Source: Chiloscyllium plagiosum (lineage: Eukaryota). From it: a stretch of 64,000 nt of DNA. The stretch spans positions 78,214,359 through 78,278,358 of the forward strand of contig NC_057719.1 of NCBI RefSeq assembly GCF_004010195.1, read 5' to 3'. Shown one piece after another: positions 49,965-61,785 of this stretch; positions within the stretch are counted from its first letter, which is position 1; every line of letters starts with the position of its first letter. Both the position numbers and the translations under genes were made by a program. Under the pieces are notes generated by a model, which saw only the letters and a list, made by a program, of their open reading frames with translations, was not told the origin of the DNA and searched no databases.

Positions 49965-51250
49965 TCTTGTCGAACGCCTTACTAAAGTCCACATAGATCA
50001 CATCTATCACTCTGCCCTCATCAATCCTTTTTGTTACTTCTTCAAAAAACTCAATCAAGTTTGTGAGACATGATCTCCCACGCATAACGCCATGTTGACT
50101 ACCCCAAATCAGTCCTTGCCTTTCCAAATACATGTACATCCTGTCCCTCAGGATTCCCTCCGATAATTTGCCCATCACTGAGGTCAGGCTCACCGGTCTA
50201 TAGTTCCCTGGCTTGTCCTTACCACCTTTCTTAAACAGTCGCACCACATTAGCCAACCTCCAGTCTCCTGGCACTTCACCTGTGACTATCGATGATACAA
50301 ATATCTCAGCAAGAGGCCCAGAAAACACTTCCCTAGCTTCCCACAAAGTCCTAGGGTACACCTGATCAAGTCCTGGGTATTTATCCACTTTTATGTGTTT
50401 CACCATCCAGCACTTCTTCTTCTGTAATATGGACATTTTTCAAGATGTCACTATCTATTTCCCTACATTCTATATCTTCCATGTCCTTTTCCACAGTAAA
50501 TACTGATGCAAAATACTCGTTTGGTATCTTCCCCATTTCTGCTGCTCTACACAAAGGCGGCCTTGCTGATCTATGCAGGCTGTATTCTCTCCCTAGATAC
50601 CCTTTTGTCCATAATGTATTTGTAAAATGCCTTTGGATTCTCCTTAACTCTATTTTCCAAAGCTATCTCATGTCCCCTCTTTGCCCTCCTGCTTTCCCTC
50701 TTAAGTATATTCTTACTGCCCTTATGCTCTTCTCAGGATTCACTTGATCTATCCTGTCTATACCTGACACATGCTTCCTTCTTTTTCTTAACCAAACTCT
50801 CAATTTCTTTAGTCATCCAGCATTCCCTATACCTACCAGCCTTCCCTTGCACCCTAACAGGAAGATACTTTCTCTGGACACTCGTTATCTCATTTCTAAA
50901 GGCTTCCCATTTTCCAGCTGTACCTTTACCTGCGAACATCTGCCCCCAATCAGCTTTTGAAAGTTCTTGCCTAATACCGTCAAAATTGGCCTTCCCCCAA
51001 TTTAGAACTTCAACTTTTAGATCTGGTCTATCCTTTTCCTTCACTATTTTTAAAACTAATAGTATTATGGTTGCTGGCCCCAAAGTGCTCCCTCACTGAC
51101 ACCTCAGTCACCTGCCCTGCCTTATTTCCCAAGAGTAGGTCAAGTTTTGCACCTTCTCTAGTAGGTATGTCCACATACTAACTCAGAAAATCTTCTTGTA
51201 CACACTTAACAAATTCTTCTCCATCTAGACCCTTAACATTATGGCAGTCC
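49965..51250 (-). mobile_element. CR1 ORF2 internal fragment
   Basis: ORFs 50733-51083 and 49903-50436 (NWGKANF, NYRPVSLTS, DFSKAFDK). Confidence 0.9.
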
Positions 51251-51529
51251 ATAAACATAACATTATGTTTGAGAGCTAAATGATCCACTATACCTGCTTG
51301 GATCTCTTCTGATTTTAAGATTGCAAATTGATAAGAAAGATGTAACTTCAAAATATCTCTCAGGTCCTCAGGACACTCAAAAACATCCCATATCGGTTAA
51401 ACTACTTCTTTGAACTATTATATGTGGAAAAGTTGTCCCACTTTCATTCAACACACTGTGGTCCTGCAAAGAGTTAAGGTGGGGGAAACAGCTGATTAGT
51501 CTGATAGCACTTTGTTGAGGGCAGTATCT

Positions 51530-52030
51530 GGAATACTTTGTACAGTTCAGGTCACATCATTATAGAAATATGCAACCGATGTGGAGAAAGAGCAAGGGAG
51601 ATTTATAAATCAGGTTTCATGAATGGAGAGTCTCAGTGAGGAAAGATGAGATGCAACCAGTTTGTTTTCTTTGGAACAGAAGTGGTTGAGAGAACATTTA
51701 ATTGTACTGTCTTAAATTATTAAGGGTCCAGATACAATTGAAAGACCCGATTTTATTAATGGAGTGGTTAATAAACATGGGGCATTGATTTTGGACCAGA
51801 TGGGAGTTATGAACTTTTAAAGGATTGTGGGAGGCTGAACCTCACTGCCTGAAAGACTGATAGCTGTAGAAACCCAAATCACTTACAAAGTACTTGGATT
51901 GTACTTAAAGAGCTATGCGTGGTAATGGACCAAGAGCTGGAAAGTGGGATTAAGCTGAAGAGTTCCTTTTCAGCAGCATGGACATAGTTAATGGCCAGCT
52001 TCTGTACCATTCCATTTTCCTTGTTTCCAT
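51530..52030 (+). mobile_element. Old CR1 3' fragment
   Basis: ttttctttggaacagaagtggttgagagaa, aatggaccaagagctggaaagtgggatt. Confidence 0.6.
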
Positions 52031-52079
52031 GGAGGAGTCTTGTTTAGAATGTGGGCTGCCCTCTATTATTTAAATCTTT

Positions 52080-52430
52080 TGGGGCAGCATGGTGGCTCAG
52101 TAGTTAGCATTGCTGCCTCACAACACCAGGGACCCGGGTTCGATTCCACCCTCGGGCAACTTTCTGTGTGGAGTTCGCATGTTCTCCCTGTGTCTGCATG
52201 TGTTTCCTCCAGGTGCTCCAGTTTCATCTCAAAGAAGTGCAGGTTAGGTGGATTGACCATACTAAATTGCTCATAGTATCCATGGATGTGAGGCTAGGTG
52301 CATTAGCCATGGGAAATGGAGGGTTCAAGGGAGAGAATAAGGGGTTTAGTCTGGGTGGGATGCTGTTAGAAGGGTCGGTGTGGGCTTGATGGGCCAAATG
52401 GCCTGCTTCCACACTGTGGAGATTCTATGA
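52080..52430 (+). mobile_element. HE1-type V-SINE, near full length
   Basis: gggcagcatggtggctcagtagttagc...gggttcgattcc; tail ccacactgtggagattctatga. Confidence 0.9.
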
Positions 52431-52879
52431 AATAGTTTTACAAAACCTTCTTATCCAGATTGGACTTTTGAATGGTCAGATATTGGATGATCTTGCCATC
52501 TTGATAGTGGTGAATGCCAAGAGGTTTGAGGGACATAGTGTCACCCCAATTTAAGAAGCAATTGCTCACATGCTGATCCAGAGGTCATGTTGTGTCTGAC
52601 ATGCTCCAAGTGGGCCCAGGCAGATGATTGGGTTCTGCAGTTTAGTTGGTGAGGAGAGTGGGGTGGTAATTGCTCAGCTCATTTGTTAGTTTTTAAGCAA
52701 CATTTTTTGGGGCTGCTCACTACAGACATAAAGTCTCCACAGGAGTGCAACACTTTATTCAACATGGCACATGAGTACATTCCTGTGTTTATGGCTCCTC
52801 TTTCCAACCCCTCCTGCTCCCCTCCGTCATTCCTGGTATCCTGTACTAGTGTACAAAAGTCTCGTCCTCGTCTCTGAAA

Positions 52880-53175
52880 ACACAGGGTGGGAAGTTATTG
52901 TCGAAGGAGCCGTAATGAACTGCAGCAGTGCATCTTGTAGACCATGCGCACTGCAGCCACTATCAGAGGGAGTGAATGCTGACAGTGGCGAATTGAGAAC
53001 CAATCAAATAGGCTGCTTTCACTTGGATAGTGAGGGTTCATGAGTGTTGTGGGAGGCATGTTCATCCAGGCAAGTGGAAAGTATTCCATCACACTCCTGA
53101 CTTGGCCTTTATGGATAGCAGGCAGGTTTTGAGATCTCAGACGCTAAGTTACTCTCTCAGACTTCTGGTCTGTTC
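52880..53175 (-). mobile_element. CR1/L2-group LINE fragment
   Basis: MEYFPLAWM..PPTTL. Confidence 0.7.
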
Positions 53176-53489
53176 TTGTAACCCCAATATACTGTGATGA
53201 TGCAAACTGCCTGATTTACATATTTTTGAATTACAATTTAGTGTGTGTTTGTGAGTTTGGTTTTTAAGTCAGTAACATGAAGGTTTTCTGCATGTCTGAA
53301 GTTAATAATGAACTTGTAAGTATTTCTGGATTAATGGTGATTTACTTTAAGAGAGTTTTGAGTCTCAGTTATATCAGTGGGTATCCCAGAATTCACTGGT
53401 ATCCCTTGCACCTATGCCAACCTTAAAATCCTGTTGTGAACCCGGGCAAGCCCTATCAGTCCAAAGCTATCCTTCACTGTTCCTGATGT

Positions 53490-53835
53490 TTGCCTTGGAG
53501 GTGGTAGACAGGGAGAAATCGATGCCCCATGTTGCTAGTGGGGGCCCCGCGGCCCTACTGGATGGGGTGGAGCACAGAGCAGGACCTTCTCTTTTTGTCA
53601 AAGCAGCCTGAATGAAGTGCAGCAGTGCATCTTGTAGACCATACGCACTGCGGCTACTGTTCCTTGATAGCAGAGGGAGTGAATACTGAGAGTAGTGAAT
53701 TGAGTGCTGATCAAATAGCCAATCAAGACCAATAGTGGAGGCCATGACACCAGATCATGCCAGCCCGGTCCAAGATTGCTACCTGGATTAGAGCAGTCTT
53801 AGCTGCCTGGAGGAATGCATGCAGACAATGAACTC
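53490..53835 (+). mobile_element. Possible Harbinger Myb/SANT remnant split by a LINE piece (~53605-53725)
   Basis: IMPARSKIATWIRAVLAAWRNA-CRQ resembles W..IA..VSAV....RNA.QC.K. Confidence 0.4.
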
Positions 53836-53934
53836 CCCCACCTCCTCTCTTAGATCCCACACTCACTCTATCTCTAATACTATAAATCTACCTCTTACCA
53901 AAGCTCATGCTCTATCTAGTGCTTGCTACCCTGA

Positions 53935-54950
53935 ATTACAGAACTGTTTGGTGCAGAAGAAAGCTATTTGACCTATCTTACCTGCATAGTTCTATTACCT
54001 GGTGCTAATCTTTGCCTTTTTCCCATATGCCTGCACACTATTTATATCCAAATAACCATCCAATGCTCTCTTGAATGCATCAGTTGAACCTGGCTCCACC
54101 ATATTGACAGGTAGTGCATTCTATACTTTAACTACCCATTGTGTTTGTAAAACATTTTTCCTCACATCACCCTTGGTTCATTTGCACATTACTTCAGAAC
54201 AAACAACAGAACAACACAGGGGCAGACCCACCAAGATTGGACCTTTTCTGTACTAAAAACCTTTTGCCTGCCTATTCATGTATTTTTCAAAATGCTTCCT
54301 AAACATTGCTATTGTATCTGCTTCTACCACCTCTTTTGGCAGCACATTCCAAATACTTACCACCCTTTTTATAAAAAAAAACTTGCCTCTTAGATACCCT
54401 TTAAACTTTTCCCCTTTTACCTTAAACCTATATCCCATAGTAATTGACATTTCTACCGTGGGAAAAAGGCTGATTGCTCTTCCAGCACCACTAATCCAGA
54501 ATCTGGTTTCCAGCATCTGCAGTCATTGTTTTTACCTGATTATCCATTCTATCCATGCCGCTCATAATTTTGTAAACCTCTGAGAGGTCGCCCTCAATCT
54601 CTGATGTTCAAGTGAAAACAAATGGAATTTGTCCAATTCCTCCTCATAGCTAATACCATTCAAACCAGGCAATGGTACCTTCTCCAAAGCCTCCACATCC
54701 TTCTTGTAGTGTGGCCACTAGAACTATTTGCAATATTCCAATGTTTAAATCTATGCATTCTCATTTTCTTTTTATGAGAGGGAACAGCTTCCTCATCTAT
54801 TCTGTTCAACCTGCTTGTGGTTTTGAAAACCTGTTTCATATCTCCTTTTTGCTCCCAGGAGAACAGTTCCAACTAATTCAATCTGTCCTCATTACTTAAG
54901 GTTTCCCATTCCTGGAACCGCTATTGCAAATTGCTTCTGCACTCACCCCA
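53935..54950 (-). mobile_element. Nested CR1 3' fragments (inner ~54196-54735 carries a pLTR piece 54475-54536)
   Basis: YRFKVKGEKFKGYLRGKFF..RVVSIWNVLP. Confidence 0.75.
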
Positions 54951-57900
54951 ACCCATGACTCCATTAACGCTGCCTGCTCTCTGTGCTGCCTTCTTACTTG
55001 GTCAGGGCACCTCTCCACTCGCACGAATTCACATAGCTCTGCCACCCACATTCATCTGCTTTGATACCTACCTCTCTCTCACTCCCAGGAAGAAAACAGC
55101 CCATATTAGGGCTGAAAGAGTCAAGATATATTGTGTGCTGCTGTCATTCAGCTCCTCAGCTCTTATGAGGAGCAGATCCTGACTTTTAGTGTTTCAAGCA
55201 GGGTGTAGACTGGTATTGGAGGCTGCCTTTGACTTACTGACTAGGAAGTCCTAAGTGAAGACTATAATTCTTAATCTGACTGAAATCATCTGCCAACTAT
55301 GACTTGCTTTCTGGCTTTATGTCCACGCTAAGCAGCATGGCAAGATAGTAATAATATGAGTTTGATACCTCTGGCTGTGGGAGCCAAAACGGCAAGGCAG
55401 GGAAGCTGTGGGCATCCAGGTATGCTCATAATGAGTGAACATTGTGATCGAGAAGTCCATGAGTTGGCTGTGTGTCACTGAACACACATTGTCCTTGCTG
55501 CCTTATTACAGTGAGTTGCTGGTGCAGCCTGAGGTGGGTCAGAAATGTGGCATGAATGTTCTTAGAGACTGGCACATGTCAGGAGCCAGTGTCCTTGGAC
55601 ATGATGCCCATGGAACATGATCGGAGATGTTGGTGCCCCGTGTCCAATCCAACACTATTTAGAGCAAGTGACAAACTCAACCTCTCCCCACCCTTTGATT
55701 CCCATGGTGGGATTTCCTGATGGCTGGCTTGATGGTCTCATTTGACAAAACCACAACAGGAATATTAATGAGGTGAGCTGGGCTGCAACAAGGACCTTTA
55801 ACAAATGTTTAACACAGTCAAAGGCCAATTCGCCACTGCCCAGTGAGAATCTTGGACTTGCCACTTGTGAAAACATAAATGATGGAGCAAGATGATCTCA
55901 ACATCGTGATGTGCCTTGTAAGACTTCACGCCGAATTCTTCCCCGCATTTCTCCATGGCCCATGTTGCTCTGATCCCCTATCAGATTATGCCCTTAATTT
56001 CACTAATCAAAACTAATAATGATCAAATGTGACTCGACAATAGTAACTCTGAAAGCCAGTCCTTTAAGCAAATAATCCATGTACATTATCAGGGGTGGTT
56101 TTCATGTTAACTTACCACTTCAGCATGGCTTTGGTTCTTGCCAAAAAGCAAATGTCTACATCTTCAATGAAAGTTTGCAAATATCCTCATTCCCTTAATG
56201 ACCTCTATATCAAACACCAAGATGGCTATCACCTATGTATTCTGTTGAGAGGGATGGCACTAGTTCAGGAGTCACTTACCAAGTTGTTGCTGGTGATAAA
56301 CGAGTAATATAAATGCAACATTTGTAATACTATCCACAATCAAGATAGGGTGCCTAATTCAATGAAAAGAGGGATAATTTGGAATCTTTACCAATGGTCT
56401 AAAATTGTTTAATTAAAAACAGGAAGTGTTAGAGAAACTCAGCAGGTCTGGCAGTACCTCTGGAGAGAGAAACAGGGTGAATCTTTTGAGTCCAATCTCA
56501 TTGTTCCTTGGAAGAGAGTTGGAAAAGTGATAGGCTTAAATTTGAATCAGTTGAAGTATCTAAAGTCTAAAATTGTGGCCTTTTGGAACAGTTTCTGACA
56601 AGAGTCCAAAGGAAATCATATTTCCAAAGAATGCCCATTTTCCCGTTTCAGTTCTGCTTTTGGAATACTGTTTATCTGTTTCTGCTAAGTATGAAGCATT
56701 AGTTAGCCTACAAAAGAAAAACTAGCCATTCACCCAAATGCTCTATGCCAGCTTTAAACCCCCAGCCATTTGTAAGCATACTGTTTTATTCATACCCCAT
56801 CTTCACTCATCCTATTGCTTCTCAACATATCTAAGCTACTTATCTGAATTCCTCCATGTGATGAATATAACATTCTAATCATTCTCAGTGTAATTGTGCT
56901 ACCTCTGAATTCCTTATTCGATTTTTACTGATGACCTCAAGTTTCCCATTCCTCCACAAGTTGAAACGTTTTCCCCAGATTGGCCCGATCAAATTCTTCC
57001 ATTATCCTAAATTACCTCTAATAAGTTAGGTCCTCAGCCTGGTGAGATCTATTAGCCTCACTGACAAAAAGTTTTAAAACTTGGCAAAAAAAATCTGTGG
57101 AACTACTTTAGAAGTTTTTCATACTCACCTATTAAGTAAAATATTTTCAATTTAGGTCTGCAAAGTCACATTCATATTTTGAACATTTAGTTAATTAACT
57201 CCCCTTGCTCGCTATTTTCAAATGGAATTCTACTTGCTTCCAAACAGTAATTAAAATGAAGCTTTAGGGCATTCTTTAATCCAGAGACTTTTCACTGCTG
57301 GTTTCATCCTCAGCAATATGTTAATTGTGTTCCTGAGTTGCATTGTTCTGGAAGTGAATTAATAAATAGCTGATGAGGAAAAGTTCTACTTGTTAATTCT
57401 ACTTTACATTGCTTATTTCATGTACTCTGAGGAAGGTTTGGCTGAAGAATAGGGATGGGGAATCAAGAGTATTTGTGTAGGTTTAACACTCTCAATCTTT
57501 ACTTTCCAGCACCTGTGATTTCTGTTGCACCAGTGCAGTGAAGCGCAAGGTGTAGGGGTCAAATATTTCCACACCGCATGAATTAAAAATAGATTTCAGC
57601 TTCTGCATTTCCTTAATTTTACTTCAGCGCCTGGGTCCCAAATTGATTAGCCCAATCAGTGTAAATCCAGCCCAAGTTGTGTCCTGCCTATTAGCCCAGC
57701 AGAAATGAGCTAGCTCAATGCAGACCAGACATTAAACCCTGGTTAGTTCTGGCTGCATCTCTGGGGAGATAGAAAAACCTCTTTACTCCCCTTTCCTTTC
57801 TTTAAGAAAACGTCATAGAATGGAAAAAAAGGACTTAACCCTCAGGCCATCACCTTACAGATGCTGTCAGAAGGATAGATGAAGCTGCAGAATGTGTCAT

Positions 57901-58289
57901 GACAAATTAAAAATTACAGCAGCATGGCATCCATGTTGTATAACCAGAAATTTATCATCACTGTAAACCCGACAGCCAGTTCCATTAGTAGTTCAGTTGC
58001 ATCCATTTGTGTAATCCCTTCGGTCAGCTTGTTATCTCTGCGAAAGCTAATGTGCAAATCAGGCCATGACTAAGCAGATTATAACAATGAATTAGGCTGC
58101 CACAAATGTTAAAGTATTGGAGTTCAGTATAAACAAACCAACAAAATAAACACAAGAGCAGAAAGTCACTGTTTTACCCATTGTTTTTTCACTCTCCCTA
58201 ATTGAATAGCTGAAGTCCCTTTTCCAATCCCTTGGATCAATGGATTAATGTAATTTCTGTACATGCAGTGAGAATGCCTAACTCCAACT

Positions 58290-59080
58290 CACCATCATTG
58301 CTTTTGACTCCTCCTTATTTGATAAAATATCTGATTCCTTCTCTGCTATTGGATGAGCAAACTGAAACAAACTTCACTGAACCCAGCTACAAACTTGTTT
58401 CTGAGTGACACCCTGTATTTTTTTTCCCGGGCTACTGTCTGAGAATAAACCAATCTATTTGCAGTCTTGGTATCACATTTAACCCTGAGAAGAACTACTG
58501 ACCTCATATTTGCATGATCAGTAGGACTGATGTCACCTCCATTAAAATCAACCAACTTAAACAACTCATTCATGTTCTTTGTTACCCCTGACCTGACTAT
58601 TCTATCACACACACACAGCTGGTCTTCCTCATTCTATCCTGTGTTTACCTGAAGTCAAGCAAAACTCTATTATTTGTGTCTTAACTCTCACCAAGTCCCA
58701 TTCCCCTATCACACTCGTTTATACCCGAAACGTCGATTCTCCTGCTCCTCGGATACTGCCTGGCCTGCTGTGTTTTTCCAGCACCACATTTTTCAACTCA
58801 ATTTTTGGATTAATAGTCTAGTGATAATACCACTAGGCATTGTCTCTCCAAAGTGACATTTCATGATTTCCCTATATCCAAAGCCCTTTGGAACCCCATC
58901 CTTAAACCTCCACAAATACACTTTTGTTTCTTCCTTAAGATAGCTGTGTGGTCTTATGGTCTAAAACAGTCCTTGAAACCTACTTGGTGGTTTGGCTATC
59001 TGCCCTAGTATCACCTTATGTGACTAGGTGTCCAATTTGCTTTATAACGTTCTCTGTAATGAGCTGTAGGAGCTTCTGCA
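58290..59080 (+). mobile_element. L2 3' remnant with a truncated pLTR (58723-58798)
   Basis: L2-type tail tttggctatctgccctagtatcaccttatgtg; similar tail at ~62870-63140. Confidence 0.55.
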
Positions 59081-59983
59081 AGGTGAAAATCAAATGATGA
59101 ATGACAGTTGCTTTGACTCAACGTATCAAACTCTTAATGCATGAATAAAAGGAGTGAGGGTGGTATCATGGGATAAAATGGCATAGAAAGATGAACTATT
59201 TTCAATAAGTGTGTGGAGTCCTCATGAATCAGAGATTCTGAGATGGAAGGCTTTGGATTTAGCTCAAATTACATATTTTAGTCATGTTAATGATGTATTG
59301 CAGTAGATGGAAGTGCTGTTTTATTGTATGCATTCTTTATTTGATGAGATATTAAACCAGAACCTTTTTTTAAATTAATCTATTTTTCTAATCAGATCTC
59401 TGGAACAGGTGACTCTTGAACCCAGGCCTCCTGGTTCAGGGGCAGGAACACTACCACTGAGCCATGGAAACTCTGTTTAGGGGTCCTAGCTAACAGACAA
59501 TCATTTATTTGTTTAATTTGCTCATGTGTACAAATGACTGTATTTGCCTACAAATCAATAAAAAAAATACTTCAATGATGAAACAGGTATTACTGGATCT
59601 GGTCCTGAGGAATGAGGAATGACAAATGGAATAGGAGATGGCTTAGTTAGACTTGAGATGTATTCTCACATGAGGGAAAGTTAGGGGGTAAACAAAGTCT
59701 CTATATGATGAAGCAGATGGAAAGGAAGATGAGGCAGAAAACGATTGCATGCAACCAATGTCAGGTTGCTAATATAAGTGAGCGGCAGGCTTAATATATA
59801 AGGTCAAAGGGAGAAGTGAGAAAATAAATAAGAGATTCAAAAGTAGGCCATGAGAAAATACTTGTAGTCATCAAACAGAGTCAAAAAGTATTTTGCTGAT
59901 AGTATTTTAGTAATTGGAGAGGTAGGGCTAATTAGAGACCAAAATGGGGATCTACACACAGGTGCAGAGGACATAAATGTGGT

Positions 59984-60077
59984 TTAGGGTGTAGGTTTGC
60001 TCGCTGAGCTGTAGGTTTGATATCCAGACGTTTCATTACCTGGCTAGGTAACATCATCAGTGGCGATCTCCAAGTGA
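59984..60077 (-). mobile_element. 94-bp solo Penelope-type pLTR (family C) with 11-bp TSD
   Basis: ataaatgtggt at 59973-59983 and 60078-60088. Confidence 0.8.
60024..60063 (-). ncRNA. Minimal hammerhead ribozyme motif (family C), best-formed in the window
   Basis: CCA-CUGAUGA-U-GUUACCU(AGCC)AGGUAAU-GAAAC-GUC-UGG. Confidence 0.8.
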
Positions 60078-60454
60078 ATAAATGTGGTATTAGGTAAATT
60101 ATTTCTATATGTCTTTATGAAGAAAGATGATGTTGCTGGAGTCACAGGTAGTTCAGCTATGGGATGAGCTAAACATTGACAAAGAGAAGGTATTAGAAAG
60201 CTGATATGTCATCATATCCAGGATGGGATGTATCCAAATGTGCTAAGGGAAGTAAGGGTGACAATTGTAGATACACTGGCAAGTAAGCTTCCACTTTTCC
60301 TTGGTTTTGGAGGTGGTGCCAGACACTGAAGGATGCAAATAGTGCACTTTTGTTCAAAGCATTTACAAGTGAAGAAAATACTTGGAAGTCTTGTGAACTG
60401 AGGTGGGACTTTAGAAGTGAGATCCCGTGAGGGGCTCTTCTGACATTTGAGAGA

Positions 60455-61785
60455 ATAGAACAACAAAGAACAAAGAACAGTACAGCACAGGAACAGGCCC
60501 TTTGGCCCAGCAAGGCTGTACTGACACATGATGCCTTCCTTAAACTAAAATCCCTTTGCCTGTATCCCTCTATTTCCTGCCTATTCATATGTCTGACAAG
60601 AGGCCTCTCAAATGTTGCTATTGTATCTGCCTCTAACATCTCCTCTGGCAGCACATTCCAAACACTTACCACCCTCTGTGGAAGAAAAACTTAACTCTCA
60701 CATCTTCTTTACCCCACCCCCATCCCGCCCCCACTTTTACTTTAAACCGATGTATCCTCATAGGTGACATTTTCATCCTGGGAAAAGGTCTTCAACTAAC
60801 CATTCCATCCATGCCTGTCATAAATCTCTAGAGTTCTATCAGGTCGCTCCTCATGCTTTGATGTTAAAGTGAGAGTAAATCATATTTGTCCAATCTCTCC
60901 TCATAGCTAATACCTTCCAAACCAGGCAACCTCCTCAAAAAAACTCCAAGTTTGTGAGACACAACCCTCCCTGCACCAAGGCATGCTGCCTATCTTTAAT
61001 ACATCCATATTTTTCCAAATGTGAGTAAGTCCTATCCCTAAGAATCTTCTTTAGTAATTTCCCTTTCACTAATGTAAGGCTTCGAGGAGAAAGTGAGGTC
61101 TCCAGATGCTGGAGATCAAAGTTGAAACTTTATTGCTGGAACAGCACAGCAGGTCAGGCAGCATCCAGGGAACAGGAGATTCGACGTTTTGGGCACAGGC
61201 CCTTCTTCAGGCTCACCAGCATGACATTGCCTGGTTTATCCCTGGTGCCCTTCTTAAATAAGGAACATCATTGGCTGTTTTCCAGTCCTCTAGGACCTCT
61301 TCTGTGACTAAAGAGGATACAAAGATTTCAAACAAGGCCCCAGCAATTCCCTCATTTGCCTCCTTCAGTATTCTGGGATAGATCCTATTTGGTCCTGGCG
61401 ACTTAATGCATTTTAAAGCATCCAACACCTCCTTTTTGATATTGACGTGGCCCAGAATATCAAAACATCCCTCATGAGAATAACCATCCACCATGTCCTT
61501 CTCCTTTGTGATGTGGGTGCAGAGTATTTATTAAGGACATCACCCATTCCCTCTGGCTCCACGCATACAATCCCTCCTTTGTCCTTAAGTGTACCCACCC
61601 TTTCCCTAGATAGCCTCTTGCTCCTTATATATGTGTATAATGCCTTGGGATTTTCCTTAATCTTATTCGCCAAAGATATTTCATGGCCCTGTTTTGCCCT
61701 CTGAATTTCTTGTTTGAGTTCTTTCCTATTATCTTTGTATTATTACAGGGCTGTGTCTACTGTCACTTTCCTAAACCTTGCCGAT
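60455..61785 (-). mobile_element. CR1 with internal deletion and a family A pLTR insert (61083-61210)
   Basis: IKENPKALYTYIRSKR, SPGPNRIYPRIL, VWNVLPEE; (TTCTTTG)n tail at ~60460-60480. Confidence 0.85.

Larger units (their letters stand above)
59585..60445 (+). mobile_element. Old CR1 fragment
   Basis: tactggatctggtcctgaggaatgagg; ccaggatgggatgtatccaaatgtgctaagggaagtaagg. Confidence 0.65.
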
